Part shown: piece after piece, positions 20,145 to 29,541 of the stretch
Numbering within the stretch: the first letter of the stretch is position 1
How the letters are laid out: every line of letters starts with the position of its first letter
DNA from: an uncultured Thermodesulfobacteriota bacterium
GTDB taxonomy: Bacteria > Desulfobacterota > JBBIRW01
DNA length: 64,000 nucleotides
Reading direction: 5' to 3'
Assembly: GCA_964505185.1 (NCBI GenBank)
Contig: CAZDGM010000004.1
Location: forward strand, 2,054-66,053
The notes under the pieces: generated by a model
Told to the model about the DNA's origin: nothing
The model's input: the letters and a program-made list of their open reading frames with translations, nothing else
Databases searched by the model: none
Translations under genes and position numbers: made by a program

Positions 20145-22132
20145 TCATGAAAAGATATACTATAAAGCCCGCCATTGAGAAAAAATCCTTCAGAATAGAT
20201 TATGAAAAGGAGCTAAACCCCCAACAGCTTGAAGTTGTAATGGCCCCCTCGGGTCCCATTCTCGTAATAGCGGGGGCGGGAAGCGGAAAGACAAGGGTTG
20301 TCACCTTCAGGGTTGCGAGGTTAATTGAATCAGGTGTTGACCCTTCAAGAATACTCCTCCTCACATTTACAAATAAGGCTGCAAAAGAAATGCTTCACCG
20401 TGTTGAACATCTCCTCAGTATAGACACAAAGAGCATATGGGGAGGAACTTTTCATCACACAGCAAATTTAATATTACGAAGGCATTCAGAAATTCTTGGG
20501 TTCAAATCAAACTTCACAATACTGGACTCTGAAGATTCAAAGGAACTACTTGAAACATGTATAGCGGAGCTTGGCATTGAGACAAAGAAGAAGAGATTCC
20601 CAAAAGGTGAAGTCCTCAGGGACATTTCGGGATTAAGCATAAACAGGGAAAAGAGCATCGAGGAGATACTTGATGAGAGATACCCTTATTTCCTTGACCT
20701 CATTGAAGAGATACAGGCTGTACTTACATTTTACAAAAAGAAAAAGTTTCAGATGAATGCCATGGATTTTGATGATCTGTTACTTTACTGGAGGCATCTG
20801 CTTGAAAATCACCATGATATACTTAATTATTATTCAAACAGATTCCTGCATATCCTTGTTGACGAGTATCAGGATACAAACAAATTGCAAGCAGATATTG
20901 TTGATCTTCTCGCTTCCTCCCATAGAAATCTTATGGTTGTTGGAGACGATTCGCAGTCTATTTATTCATTCAGGGGTGCACATTTTTCAAATATAATTGA
21001 TTTCCCTTCAAGATACCCTGACTGCAAGATTTTCAAACTTGAAATAAATTACAGGAGCACACCCCAGATACTCTCCCTTGCAAACTCATCCATCTCAAAC
21101 AACAAAAGGCAATTTCAGAAGAGGCTCGTTTCAGTCAGGAAAGACGGACCCCTTCCTGCCCTTGTTTCCCTGAGGGATCCATCACTTCAAGCAGAGTTCG
21201 TTGCCCAGAGAATACTTGAATTGAAAGAAAATGGTACACCACTCAATGAGATCGCTGTCCTTTACAGGGCACATTACCAATCTATGGAATTGCAGATGGA
21301 GCTTACCAGGAGGGGTATTCCGTATGAGGTGAGATCAGGGATCAGGTTTTTCGAACAGGCCCACATCAAGGACATAGTCTCTTTTCTCCGCTTTATTCTC
21401 AATCCGCATGATGAACTTTCTTTTAAAAGGATCCTGAAGATCTATCCTGGTATAGGCCCTTCAACTGCGGAGAGGCTCTGGAATCTCTGTGTCTCTTCCA
21501 ACAATCCCATTGAGGTGCTGAAAAGTAATGATGCAAAAAAAATAATTCCAAGGATGGGAATCGATGGATACAGAGAGTTTCTTGAAACTATCGATAAATT
21601 AACAAAGTGTGATATAAATTCTGAGCCTTCTCCTCTGATCGAGATTATACTCGAAGGTGGATATACTGATTACCTGATCAGCCGTTATCCAAATGCTGAG
21701 TCCCGCCTCGAGGATATCCAGCAGCTTTCAGTTTTTGCAAAGAAATTCAAAAATCTTGAATCGTTCCTTAGCGAGCTTTCACTAATGAGTGCTGTTGCCG
21801 CTGAGGATATAGCGGAATCCGAGGCAGAGGATGAAAGGGTAGTGCTTAGCTCCATCCATCAGGCAAAAGGGCTGGAATGGAGGGTTATCTTTATCATATA
21901 TCTTGCTGAGGGAAGGATGCCATCTGCAAAAGGACTTCGTGATCCCGAGGGTGAAGAGGAAGAAAGGAGACTCTTCTATGTTGGAACAACAAGGGCAAAG
22001 GATGAGCTCTACCTCTGTTATCCACTGATGGGAAATAGCTGGGAAAGGGGTGGTCTTCTCCTGAAGCCATCGAGATTTATCCAGGAGCTCCCTGAGAATG
22101 TCTACGAAGAGTGGATTGTGGAGGAAAAATGA
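20141..22132 (+). CDS. ATP-dependent DNA helicase, UvrD/PcrA/Rep family
   Basis: Walker A GAGSGKTRV; motifs DEYQDTN, VGDDSQSIYSFRGA, and C-terminal YVGTTRAK. Confidence 0.9.
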   Translation: MIMKRYTIKPAIEKKSFRIDYEKELNPQQLEVVMAPSGPILVIAGAGSGKTRVVTFRVARLIESGVDPSRILLLTFTNKAAKEMLHRVEHLLSIDTKSIWGGTFHHTANLILRRHSEILGFKSNFTILDSEDSKELLETCIAELGIETKKKRFPKGEVLRDISGLSINREKSIEEILDERYPYFLDLIEEIQAVLTFYKKKKFQMNAMDFDDLLLYWRHLLENHHDILNYYSNRFLHILVDEYQDTNKLQADIVDLLASSHRNLMVVGDDSQSIYSFRGAHFSNIIDFPSRYPDCKIFKLEINYRSTPQILSLANSSISNNKRQFQKRLVSVRKDGPLPALVSLRDPSLQAEFVAQRILELKENGTPLNEIAVLYRAHYQSMELQMELTRRGIPYEVRSGIRFFEQAHIKDIVSFLRFILNPHDELSFKRILKIYPGIGPSTAERLWNLCVSSNNPIEVLKSNDAKKIIPRMGIDGYREFLETIDKLTKCDINSEPSPLIEIILEGGYTDYLISRYPNAESRLEDIQQLSVFAKKFKNLESFLSELSLMSAVAAEDIAESEAEDERVVLSSIHQAKGLEWRVIFIIYLAEGRMPSAKGLRDPEGEEEERRLFYVGTTRAKDELYLCYPLMGNSWERGGLLLKPSRFIQELPENVYEEWIVEEK

Positions 22133-23331
22133 TTTCTTTCGAACCCCTTGCAGAAAGGGTGATAAAAAGGATTGATGAAATAAGGAATACCATCATAGAA
22201 CTCAGTCATCATATACATTCAAACCCAGAAATTGCATGGGAAGAGGTCAAATCATCAAAAAGGATTTTAGAAATCTTAAAGAGTTTTTCCTTTGAGATAG
22301 ATCATGTACCTCCCTCCACTCCAACAGCTGTTGTAGCGAGAAAAACAAAAACTCCATCACCATCAATTGCCTTTATCGCTGAATACGATGCCCTTCCAAA
22401 AATTGGACATGGATGCGGACATAACATTATTGCGGCAAGCAGTGTGGGCGCTGCTATAGGTATTTCGGATATAATCGATGAAATAAACGGATCCATCTAT
22501 ATTATCGGCACACCGGCAGAGGAAGGCGGTGGAGGAAAAATCCACCTCCTCAAGGAAGGCATCTTTGATGGGATCGATGTTGCAATGATGGTTCATGCTT
22601 CAAACAGGACGCAGATTGTTAAAAGAACACTTGCTGTAAAGGAGGTTACCTTCAAATTTTACGGGAGATCGTCACATGCATCAGCAACACCCTTTTTAGG
22701 TATCAATGCACTGGATGCTGTTATCCAGACCTTCAATGCTGTTAATGGCCTAAGGCAGCAACTCCGCCCTGACGCAAGGGTTCATGGCATAATACTGGAT
22801 GGAGGCGTAAGACCCAATATCATCCCTGATTTTGCATCATGCCAGTTTCTTGTAAGGGCTATTGACCTCGATTATTTATATGAAATTCTTGAGAAGGTGA
22901 AGAACTGTGCGCATGGAGCAGCACTTTCAACAGGGGCAAGGCTTGAGGTGGATGTTTCAGAAAGGGTTTATGAGCCATTCCTTCCAAATTATGAACTATC
23001 GGGTTTATTCAGGAAGCATCTCGAATCATTAGGTGTTGTTCCGGATGAGGAAGACGAAATGAAAAATCTCGGATCATCCGATATCGGAAATATAAGCAGG
23101 CGCCTTCCAACCCTGCATGCCTACATAGCTATTTGTGACAGAAACATCCCTCTTCACTCTTCTACCTTTGCAGATATGAGCAAATCCCCAAGGGCTGATG
23201 AAGTATGTTTAATTGCAGCAAAGGCGCTTGCACTAACAGCACTTGAAATCATTATATCGCCGGATATTTTAAATAGGATCAAGGAAGAATTTAGAAGATC
23301 CTCCTCCCAGGGACAATCTTACCAAGGATAA
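22129..23331 (+). CDS. M20-family amidohydrolase / metallopeptidase (AbgB/HipO-like)
   Basis: HGCGHN metal-binding motif, GTPAEEGGGGK, dimerisation-domain insert. ATGA overlaps the helicase stop, and GGAGGA RBS precedes 22129. Confidence 0.8.
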   Translation: MISFEPLAERVIKRIDEIRNTIIELSHHIHSNPEIAWEEVKSSKRILEILKSFSFEIDHVPPSTPTAVVARKTKTPSPSIAFIAEYDALPKIGHGCGHNIIAASSVGAAIGISDIIDEINGSIYIIGTPAEEGGGGKIHLLKEGIFDGIDVAMMVHASNRTQIVKRTLAVKEVTFKFYGRSSHASATPFLGINALDAVIQTFNAVNGLRQQLRPDARVHGIILDGGVRPNIIPDFASCQFLVRAIDLDYLYEILEKVKNCAHGAALSTGARLEVDVSERVYEPFLPNYELSGLFRKHLESLGVVPDEEDEMKNLGSSDIGNISRRLPTLHAYIAICDRNIPLHSSTFADMSKSPRADEVCLIAAKALALTALEIIISPDILNRIKEEFRRSSSQGQSYQG

Positions 23332-24457
23332 CAGGACCTTTCGCACCTGTTACTGATGGGATATTTGCGGGGATATTAAGGAAACACTGTCTTGCCAGGA
23401 GCGCAAATGTGACAGCCTCAACAGCATCAGCGCTAATTCCATAATCATCAAATACCCTTACAGGGATTGGATTCAGCGCATCACTTAATGCCTTCATTAT
23501 GGAAGGATTCCTTGCTCCTCCACCACAAACAACTATTTCATCAATTTTATCCAGAGGAAGGTATTTTCTATAATGATACTCAACAGATCTCACTGTAAAT
23601 GCAACAAGGGTTGCAAGCAGGTCGCTGAGATCGATCATCCTCCTTTCACTCCAAGTTAGAATGTTATCAAGAAAAAAGCCACCAAACTCTTCCCTGCTTG
23701 TTGATTTTGGAGGTCTTTTTCTCAAAAAAGGATGATTCATAAGGATAAAAAGGAGTTCATCATTAACTTTTCCCTTAGCAGCAATCCTCCCGTCCCTGTC
23801 CATCCTCTTCCTTCCGCCGGAAAGCCGATATATAACAGAGTCAAGAAGTGCATTACCAGGTCCTGTATCAAAAGCAATAACATCATAAAGTGATGAATTG
23901 GCGGGAATAAAAGTTACATTTCCAATACCACCAAAATTCTGAACCGCAATATTTTTTACCGAATTTTTAAAGAACTCATAGTGAAAATATGGTGAAAGGG
24001 GAGCACCCTGCCCGCCTGCTGCCATATCAGCAACCCGAAAATCACCAATAGTTGTAATGCCCGTCCTTTCAGCAATAATTGAAAGCTCACCGGCCTGAAA
24101 TGTTGCCCTGGTATTTTTAAAAATCCCCCTACCCTTTGATGGATAATGACATAGCGTCTGTCCATGGGATCCTATGAGTGCTACATCTCTGATATCTATT
24201 CCACTATCCCTTATAATTCTTAATGCGGCTGAGGCAAACAGATCACCAATGAGAAAATGTAAACAGAAAAGCTCCTCCAATTTCACATCCTCACCGGAGG
24301 ACACACCCATTATCATCCTCCTTACCTTTTCAGGATACCTGTAGGTTTTGAATGATATAAGGTTGAACTTGAGACCATTTTCACCCTCCTCTATATCAAC
24401 AAGTGCAGCATCAATTCCATCCGCCGACGTTCCTGAAATAAGACCTATTATCAACAA
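23291..24457 (-). CDS. anmK: anhydro-N-acetylmuramic acid kinase
   Basis: N-terminus MLIIGLISGTSADGIDAALV is the AnmK signature; ASKHA fold, 388 aa. Confidence 0.9.
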   Translation of the reverse strand: MLIIGLISGTSADGIDAALVDIEEGENGLKFNLISFKTYRYPEKVRRMIMGVSSGEDVKLEELFCLHFLIGDLFASAALRIIRDSGIDIRDVALIGSHGQTLCHYPSKGRGIFKNTRATFQAGELSIIAERTGITTIGDFRVADMAAGGQGAPLSPYFHYEFFKNSVKNIAVQNFGGIGNVTFIPANSSLYDVIAFDTGPGNALLDSVIYRLSGGRKRMDRDGRIAAKGKVNDELLFILMNHPFLRKRPPKSTSREEFGGFFLDNILTWSERRMIDLSDLLATLVAFTVRSVEYHYRKYLPLDKIDEIVVCGGGARNPSIMKALSDALNPIPVRVFDDYGISADAVEAVTFALLARQCFLNIPANIPSVTGAKGPVILGKIVPGRRIF

Positions 24458-25476
24458 CCCTCTTTCCCCCTTTTTAATAGAATTATTTTTTCCATGTAAA
24501 CAACTGCATCTTCAATAGATGTCCTATCACGAAGATATGATGACGGAAGCATTATACTTCTTGATATATGTGTATCTCTTCCTATGTGGCAGTTATTACC
24601 TATAACAACAAATGGACCTAATGTTACATTCTCTCCGATACTCACATTCTCACCTATAACAACAGGTGGAATTATCTTTACCCCTTTTCCATATCCTGTA
24701 TTCTCTCCAATCCAAACGCCCTCTTCCACCTCCAACCCCTTTCTCAGATCAATAAAAAGGCAATTTTTCAGCATCTCCATTGATGCCCTGTGATACTCAT
24801 GAATATTCCCGATCTCAAACCATAAAGTCTCGTGAAGGTATCCGTAAACCCCCTCCCCTGAAAGTATGATCGGGATTAGGGTATCTCTCACAATACAGGA
24901 TGGTTTTCCATCCTCAATGAAATCAAATATCCTTGATGATAAAACCTGAAGGCCGGCATACATATAATTAGCATCAGGGGATGATGCAGCCAGTTGCCTT
25001 ATTCTTAACTCACCATCTATGACAACTCCACTGTATCCTTTTTCCCTTTTCCTTATAAGCAGGGTTGCAATCCCTCCTTTTGACATATGGTAACTTGCTA
25101 TATGATCATAATTAACATCCATAACCGTATCGCCATTAAGCAGAAACAGCATTGGTGTTTTTATATAAAATGATGCCTTTTTCAATCCCCCACCGGTTCC
25201 AAGCAATTCATTCTCAAAGGAAAAATTTATCTTTATTCCATATCTATCACCAATTGTGATTACCTCCCTAAATTTCTCTCTTAAATGATGAACATTCATA
25301 ACAATTTCTCTGATTCCACTTTTTGAGAGGAGATAGAGATGATATTCAATAAGTGGCACATTCAGGAGAGGAATCAGCACCTTTGGATACCTTTCCGTAA
25401 GGGGTCTCATCCTCATCCCGTAGCCTGCTGCCAGTATCATGAAAGAGAAATCTTTTATCTTATCGGACTTTATCAT
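24451..25476 (-). CDS. sugar-1-phosphate nucleotidyltransferase with C-terminal left-handed beta-helix (MurU-like)
   Basis: MILAAGYGMRMRPLT nucleotide-binding motif; hexapeptide repeats at the C-terminus; overlaps the upstream kinase gene stop. Start may be the Met at 25440. Confidence 0.75.
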   Translation of the reverse strand: MIKSDKIKDFSFMILAAGYGMRMRPLTERYPKVLIPLLNVPLIEYHLYLLSKSGIREIVMNVHHLREKFREVITIGDRYGIKINFSFENELLGTGGGLKKASFYIKTPMLFLLNGDTVMDVNYDHIASYHMSKGGIATLLIRKREKGYSGVVIDGELRIRQLAASSPDANYMYAGLQVLSSRIFDFIEDGKPSCIVRDTLIPIILSGEGVYGYLHETLWFEIGNIHEYHRASMEMLKNCLFIDLRKGLEVEEGVWIGENTGYGKGVKIIPPVVIGENVSIGENVTLGPFVVIGNNCHIGRDTHISRSIMLPSSYLRDRTSIEDAVVYMEKIILLKRGKEGC

Positions 25477-26489
25477 TCAAGATAATCAAACAGAACTTTT
25501 TTTAAATTTCTCAGCCAGGGGAACTTTTCCAGATTCTCACGGACATAGGAGAGGGTTGCCGGTATATAAGAAAGGTAATCATCTTTTCCCCTGACAACCT
25601 TCTGATATGCAAATGTACCCACTGCCTTGAGATTTCTCTGTATGCTCATAAGATCAAAAATCTCCATGAACCTTTCACGGTTATCTATCCTGCAGCCATG
25701 TTCTATAAGGTTATCCATATAGTACGAAAGTATCCTATTCCTTATCTCATCAGAAATGATTGTGTATGAGTCCCTGAGGAGCGATGCAATGTCATACTGT
25801 AGAGGACCCATCCTTGCATCCTGGAAATCGATAATTCTTATTTCATCAGTGTGAATCATTATATTTCTGCTGTGATAGTCCCTGTGTGTAAAGAAACGAG
25901 GCTCATGTGAAAGTATATCGCAAATAAAGTAAAACTCCTTTCTCAAGATATTAAGATCACAATCTGTTATTTTCCTTCCGAGAAGACCCTCTATCATATG
26001 TTTTAGAAAAAAATCGATTTCAAACATAAATTTCTCTGTATCAAAACATACGTGGCTGGCAATACATTCATCATTTAATCTTTCCGTTCCCACAGTCTGT
26101 ATAAGAACAAGCTCATCGATTGCCTTTCTGTAAATACGAATGAATTCCTCTTCTGATTTTCCAGCAAGATACTCCTGCATGGTGATGTCCCCAACATCCT
26201 CAAGTATTATTATCCCTTCCTCAAGATTAAAAAAGAAGATCCGGGGAATCCTGCAACCTATTCCGTTAAGATGCCTGTAAATATTCAGAAATGGATATTG
26301 AAAGGGATCACTGACTTTTATGGACTCGTTCAGATCCATAAGCACAACCGACTGGATCTGAGAGTCATGAAGAGTAATCCTGTAATAAGATCTAACGGAC
26401 GCATCTCCCCTCAGTTTTTCAATGGTTATACCTGAAAAGGTAAAACCTGCTTCCCTCCTTAGAATCTCAGGGATTCTACTTGTATTCAT
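25473..26489 (-). CDS. aminoglycoside-phosphotransferase-fold sugar kinase (AmgK-like anomeric MurNAc/GlcNAc kinase)
   Basis: LRGDASVRSYYRI N-terminus, HRDYHSRNIMI catalytic loop, IDFQDAR motif. Confidence 0.75.
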   Translation of the reverse strand: MNTSRIPEILRREAGFTFSGITIEKLRGDASVRSYYRITLHDSQIQSVVLMDLNESIKVSDPFQYPFLNIYRHLNGIGCRIPRIFFFNLEEGIIILEDVGDITMQEYLAGKSEEEFIRIYRKAIDELVLIQTVGTERLNDECIASHVCFDTEKFMFEIDFFLKHMIEGLLGRKITDCDLNILRKEFYFICDILSHEPRFFTHRDYHSRNIMIHTDEIRIIDFQDARMGPLQYDIASLLRDSYTIISDEIRNRILSYYMDNLIEHGCRIDNRERFMEIFDLMSIQRNLKAVGTFAYQKVVRGKDDYLSYIPATLSYVRENLEKFPWLRNLKKVLFDYLE

Positions 26490-27312
26490 TGATGATCCTC
26501 ATAAATTCCCCGTGAATCCTGTTAACCTCGCGGAGAAGTAACTCATTTTTGGTTTCTTCCTGATCCCTCAATTCATATACAAATGGCCCCCTGTATCCTT
26601 TTCTCGAAAGAATCTCCAGCATCTCACCCCACGGTATCGTTCCATGAAAGGGAAGAAGATGTTCATCACTGAAGCCCTTATTATCATGTACATGTATTGT
26701 CATAAGATAGTCGATCATGGCCTCAAGATTTTGTGAGAAATTACCCGAAATATGAGCATGTCCTGTATCAAAACATATTCCAATCTTCAAGGGTGAATAT
26801 CTCTCTATGAAGGTGAGGATGGAGCTTATCGATGCCGAAGAAGAAACACCATTTTCAAGTGCAATATTCAGGTCCATTCCATTGCAATGATCTAAGATCT
26901 CCTCGAGTGAATAGAAAAGATTCTCCATCTCCTCCTCATTTATATCTCCTGAAAGACCTGTGTGGGTAATAACAGTGTTACAATCAAAGAACTCCATCGC
27001 ATCGACAACCCTCTTGAAAAGATCCAGCGTCCTCCTCCTTAATGATACATCCTTACTTGCCAGACTGAGCCATCTTCCCTTCATTGCATCGGATATATCC
27101 TCATAAAGTGGCCCGTGAAAGGATATAACCTTTATTCCATGAGACGAGATGACATCCGCTATTTGCTTCAGATAATCCCTGTTATCGAATTCAAAATGAG
27201 GCTTCATTGCCCAGATTTCAAGGAACTGAAAGTTATTCCTGCTTATAATATCTATTGTTTCTCTTGACAGAGGATTGTAAAGGAAAAGATGGGTGGAAAT
27301 TGCCTTTATCAT
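26476..27312 (-). CDS. sugar phosphate isomerase/epimerase (xylose isomerase-like TIM barrel)
   Basis: TIM-barrel AP-endonuclease-2 / xylose-isomerase-like pattern (HTG...GICFDTGHAHI). Confidence 0.7.
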   Translation of the reverse strand: MIKAISTHLFLYNPLSRETIDIISRNNFQFLEIWAMKPHFEFDNRDYLKQIADVISSHGIKVISFHGPLYEDISDAMKGRWLSLASKDVSLRRRTLDLFKRVVDAMEFFDCNTVITHTGLSGDINEEEMENLFYSLEEILDHCNGMDLNIALENGVSSSASISSILTFIERYSPLKIGICFDTGHAHISGNFSQNLEAMIDYLMTIHVHDNKGFSDEHLLPFHGTIPWGEMLEILSRKGYRGPFVYELRDQEETKNELLLREVNRIHGEFMRIINEYK

Positions 27313-27384
27313 AATTAATAAATAATAACATCATGGTACACCACGGTCAATTTCCTAAAGCCATAATCCCTCTTCCTCCTTTTA

Positions 27385-29493
27385 TTGAAAGATGATCAAC
27401 TATGTGATAATTTTCCTTTTAAAATGTTGAGGATCATCATCCAGATATTACTGGCACTATCCTTATTAACCCAAAAAGCATACCCTCTAAACATTCCGGT
27501 CGATATGGAGATAAAAAAGTTCCTGTCTGATGTCTCCTCATCAAAGATTGAGAATATAGATACCGCTATATTAAAGCTGGACTCCTTGAGGGGAAGATTA
27601 ACGGAGATAGAGGATTACCTGCTCTATTTCATTATAAAGCTTTACCTGAAAAAGGGGGATATACAGGGGGCATACAGATATCTCGATCAATTTAATAAGA
27701 CCCATCAAAAATCCATCCTGAAGGGAAAGGTGAACCTCGCCCTTGCAAAAAGCCTCTATGAAAATGGAAAGTCTGAGGATGCATACAGATTCATAAAAAT
27801 TGCAATGGAATCCTGGCTCGGAAGATCAAAGCCGGAGGCTCTGCTTATCGAAGGTTTCATACTTGAATCAATGGGAAATATAAAGGAGGCGCTTAAATCA
27901 TACTACAGGCTTCGTGAAGCCTTCCCCCTCTCTCCGGAGGACAGAATAGCGAGGCAGAGGACGGGGCTTATCAGGAGAACAACAAATATAACACTATATC
28001 CCTCACTGGAGGAATATCTCTTTGCTGAAGGATCACTTCTAATAAAGGAAAGGCAATATGACGAGGCGGCTAAAAATCTTGATAGACTCATAGAGGAATT
28101 TCCTGAAAGTAGTCTTGTAAGGGAGGGTAAATTCAAAAGGGCAGAGCTGTTTATGTTAATGGGGGAGCCCAAAAAGGCCCTTGATAAATTTATCAGGATA
28201 AAAAATGCATATCCGGGAGAGAGGATAGCTGCAGAGAGTCTTATCAAGGCGATAGGTATTCTGTGGAAGGAGGATTCTATAAGCGATGTAAGATCTCTTG
28301 CACTTGAGCTTTACAATAATTATCCCTATGTTCCATGGTCAGACAGGGCAGTCTATATCTTGGGCAGATTATTTGAGGAGGAGGGAAAATGGGATGAAGC
28401 AGTATCCCTCTATAAAAAGGCATTGGAACAGTTCAAAAAGAGCCCACTTCGAGAGAATTTTATGAAAAGAATGGCCTGGTGCTACTACTTAAAAGGGGAT
28501 TTTTCCCACTCCTCGGAAATCTTCAACCAATTATCCAATAAATTTTCATCCCTTAAAGAATATGGGCTTTACTGGAAGGCAAAATCATTTGAAAGGATGG
28601 GTAAAAAGGAGGAGGCATGGGAAATCTTTAATTCATTAGCTAATCTTCCCTATACCTCTTATTACGGGGTCCTTTCACTAAAAAAGATAGGAAAATTATC
28701 TCCATGCAATGAAGGACGGGTCAGAGAAACCCAGGATAATAAAGGTGATGGCGCTTTCAATAATGTAGGGCTATTACGAGCAATGATACTGTCCGAGTTG
28801 TCTCTTCTTTCAGAAGCCCAAGAGGAGCTCGATCTGCTGAGTAAGGCTGATCTCGATCTGTCAGAAAAGTTCCAGCTCTCCCGCCTTTATAAAAAGGCTG
28901 GTTCGCCTTATAAATCCATAAAGATTGCATCCTCCATTGAAAGGGAGTTAAAAAGCCGTAATGAGTTAGCTTCCCCACTTCTTGAACTTGATATCCTGCT
29001 CTTTCCCCTCGAATACAAAGATGAGATACTCAAATATTCCTTGGAAAACGGGTTTGATCCTCTCCTGATAGCCTCGATAATTAGACAGGAGAGCGCCTTT
29101 GACCCAGCAGCCATCTCAAGATCAAATGCGATGGGACTTATGCAGATCATTCCACAAACGGGGGCAATGATTGCAAAGAAAACAGGAATTTCGTCATTTA
29201 CTCCTGATATGCTCTATCAACCATCCATAAATATAGAACTGGGCATATCCTATCTGAAGATGCTTAACAAAAAATTTAAAGGCAATACCATAAAAACCCT
29301 TGCCGCTTATAATGCAGGAGAAACACTCGTGGAAAAATGGTGGAAAAGGATTTCACATATGGAAGATGATGAAATTGTTGAGAATATACCCTACAATGAA
29401 ACAGAGAACTACATAAAGAATATAATAAGGAACCACTACCATTACATAAGGATATACTGCGGATCATCCCTGATGCCCAATCTATCCCCGTGA
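27385..29493 (+). CDS. soluble lytic murein transglycosylase (Slt70-like: superhelical TPR-like N-region plus C-terminal SLT domain)
   Basis: C-terminal IRQESAFDPAAISRSNAMGLMQIIPQTG and AYNAG motifs. The Met at 27424 (MLRIIIQILLALSLL, signal peptide) may be the real start. Confidence 0.85.
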   Translation: MKDDQLCDNFPFKMLRIIIQILLALSLLTQKAYPLNIPVDMEIKKFLSDVSSSKIENIDTAILKLDSLRGRLTEIEDYLLYFIIKLYLKKGDIQGAYRYLDQFNKTHQKSILKGKVNLALAKSLYENGKSEDAYRFIKIAMESWLGRSKPEALLIEGFILESMGNIKEALKSYYRLREAFPLSPEDRIARQRTGLIRRTTNITLYPSLEEYLFAEGSLLIKERQYDEAAKNLDRLIEEFPESSLVREGKFKRAELFMLMGEPKKALDKFIRIKNAYPGERIAAESLIKAIGILWKEDSISDVRSLALELYNNYPYVPWSDRAVYILGRLFEEEGKWDEAVSLYKKALEQFKKSPLRENFMKRMAWCYYLKGDFSHSSEIFNQLSNKFSSLKEYGLYWKAKSFERMGKKEEAWEIFNSLANLPYTSYYGVLSLKKIGKLSPCNEGRVRETQDNKGDGAFNNVGLLRAMILSELSLLSEAQEELDLLSKADLDLSEKFQLSRLYKKAGSPYKSIKIASSIERELKSRNELASPLLELDILLFPLEYKDEILKYSLENGFDPLLIASIIRQESAFDPAAISRSNAMGLMQIIPQTGAMIAKKTGISSFTPDMLYQPSINIELGISYLKMLNKKFKGNTIKTLAAYNAGETLVEKWWKRISHMEDDEIVENIPYNETENYIKNIIRNHYHYIRIYCGSSLMPNLSP

Positions 29494-29541
29494 TAAACCT
29501 GCCATTTCTAAAAATAGGGTTTTGATGTAAAATTTAAACCA

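Noticed and set aside
23291-23331. 41-nt convergent overlap between the M20 amidohydrolase 3' end and the anmK 3' end
   Set aside because: Convergent tail-to-tail overlaps of this size are common and need no special explanation. Both reading frames have good domain support.
27441-27460. TGGCAC-N5-TTAT sigma-54-like promoter element
   Set aside because: The -12 element is TTAT rather than TTGC, and the site lies inside or at the very start of the Slt coding region, so it is likely fortuitous.
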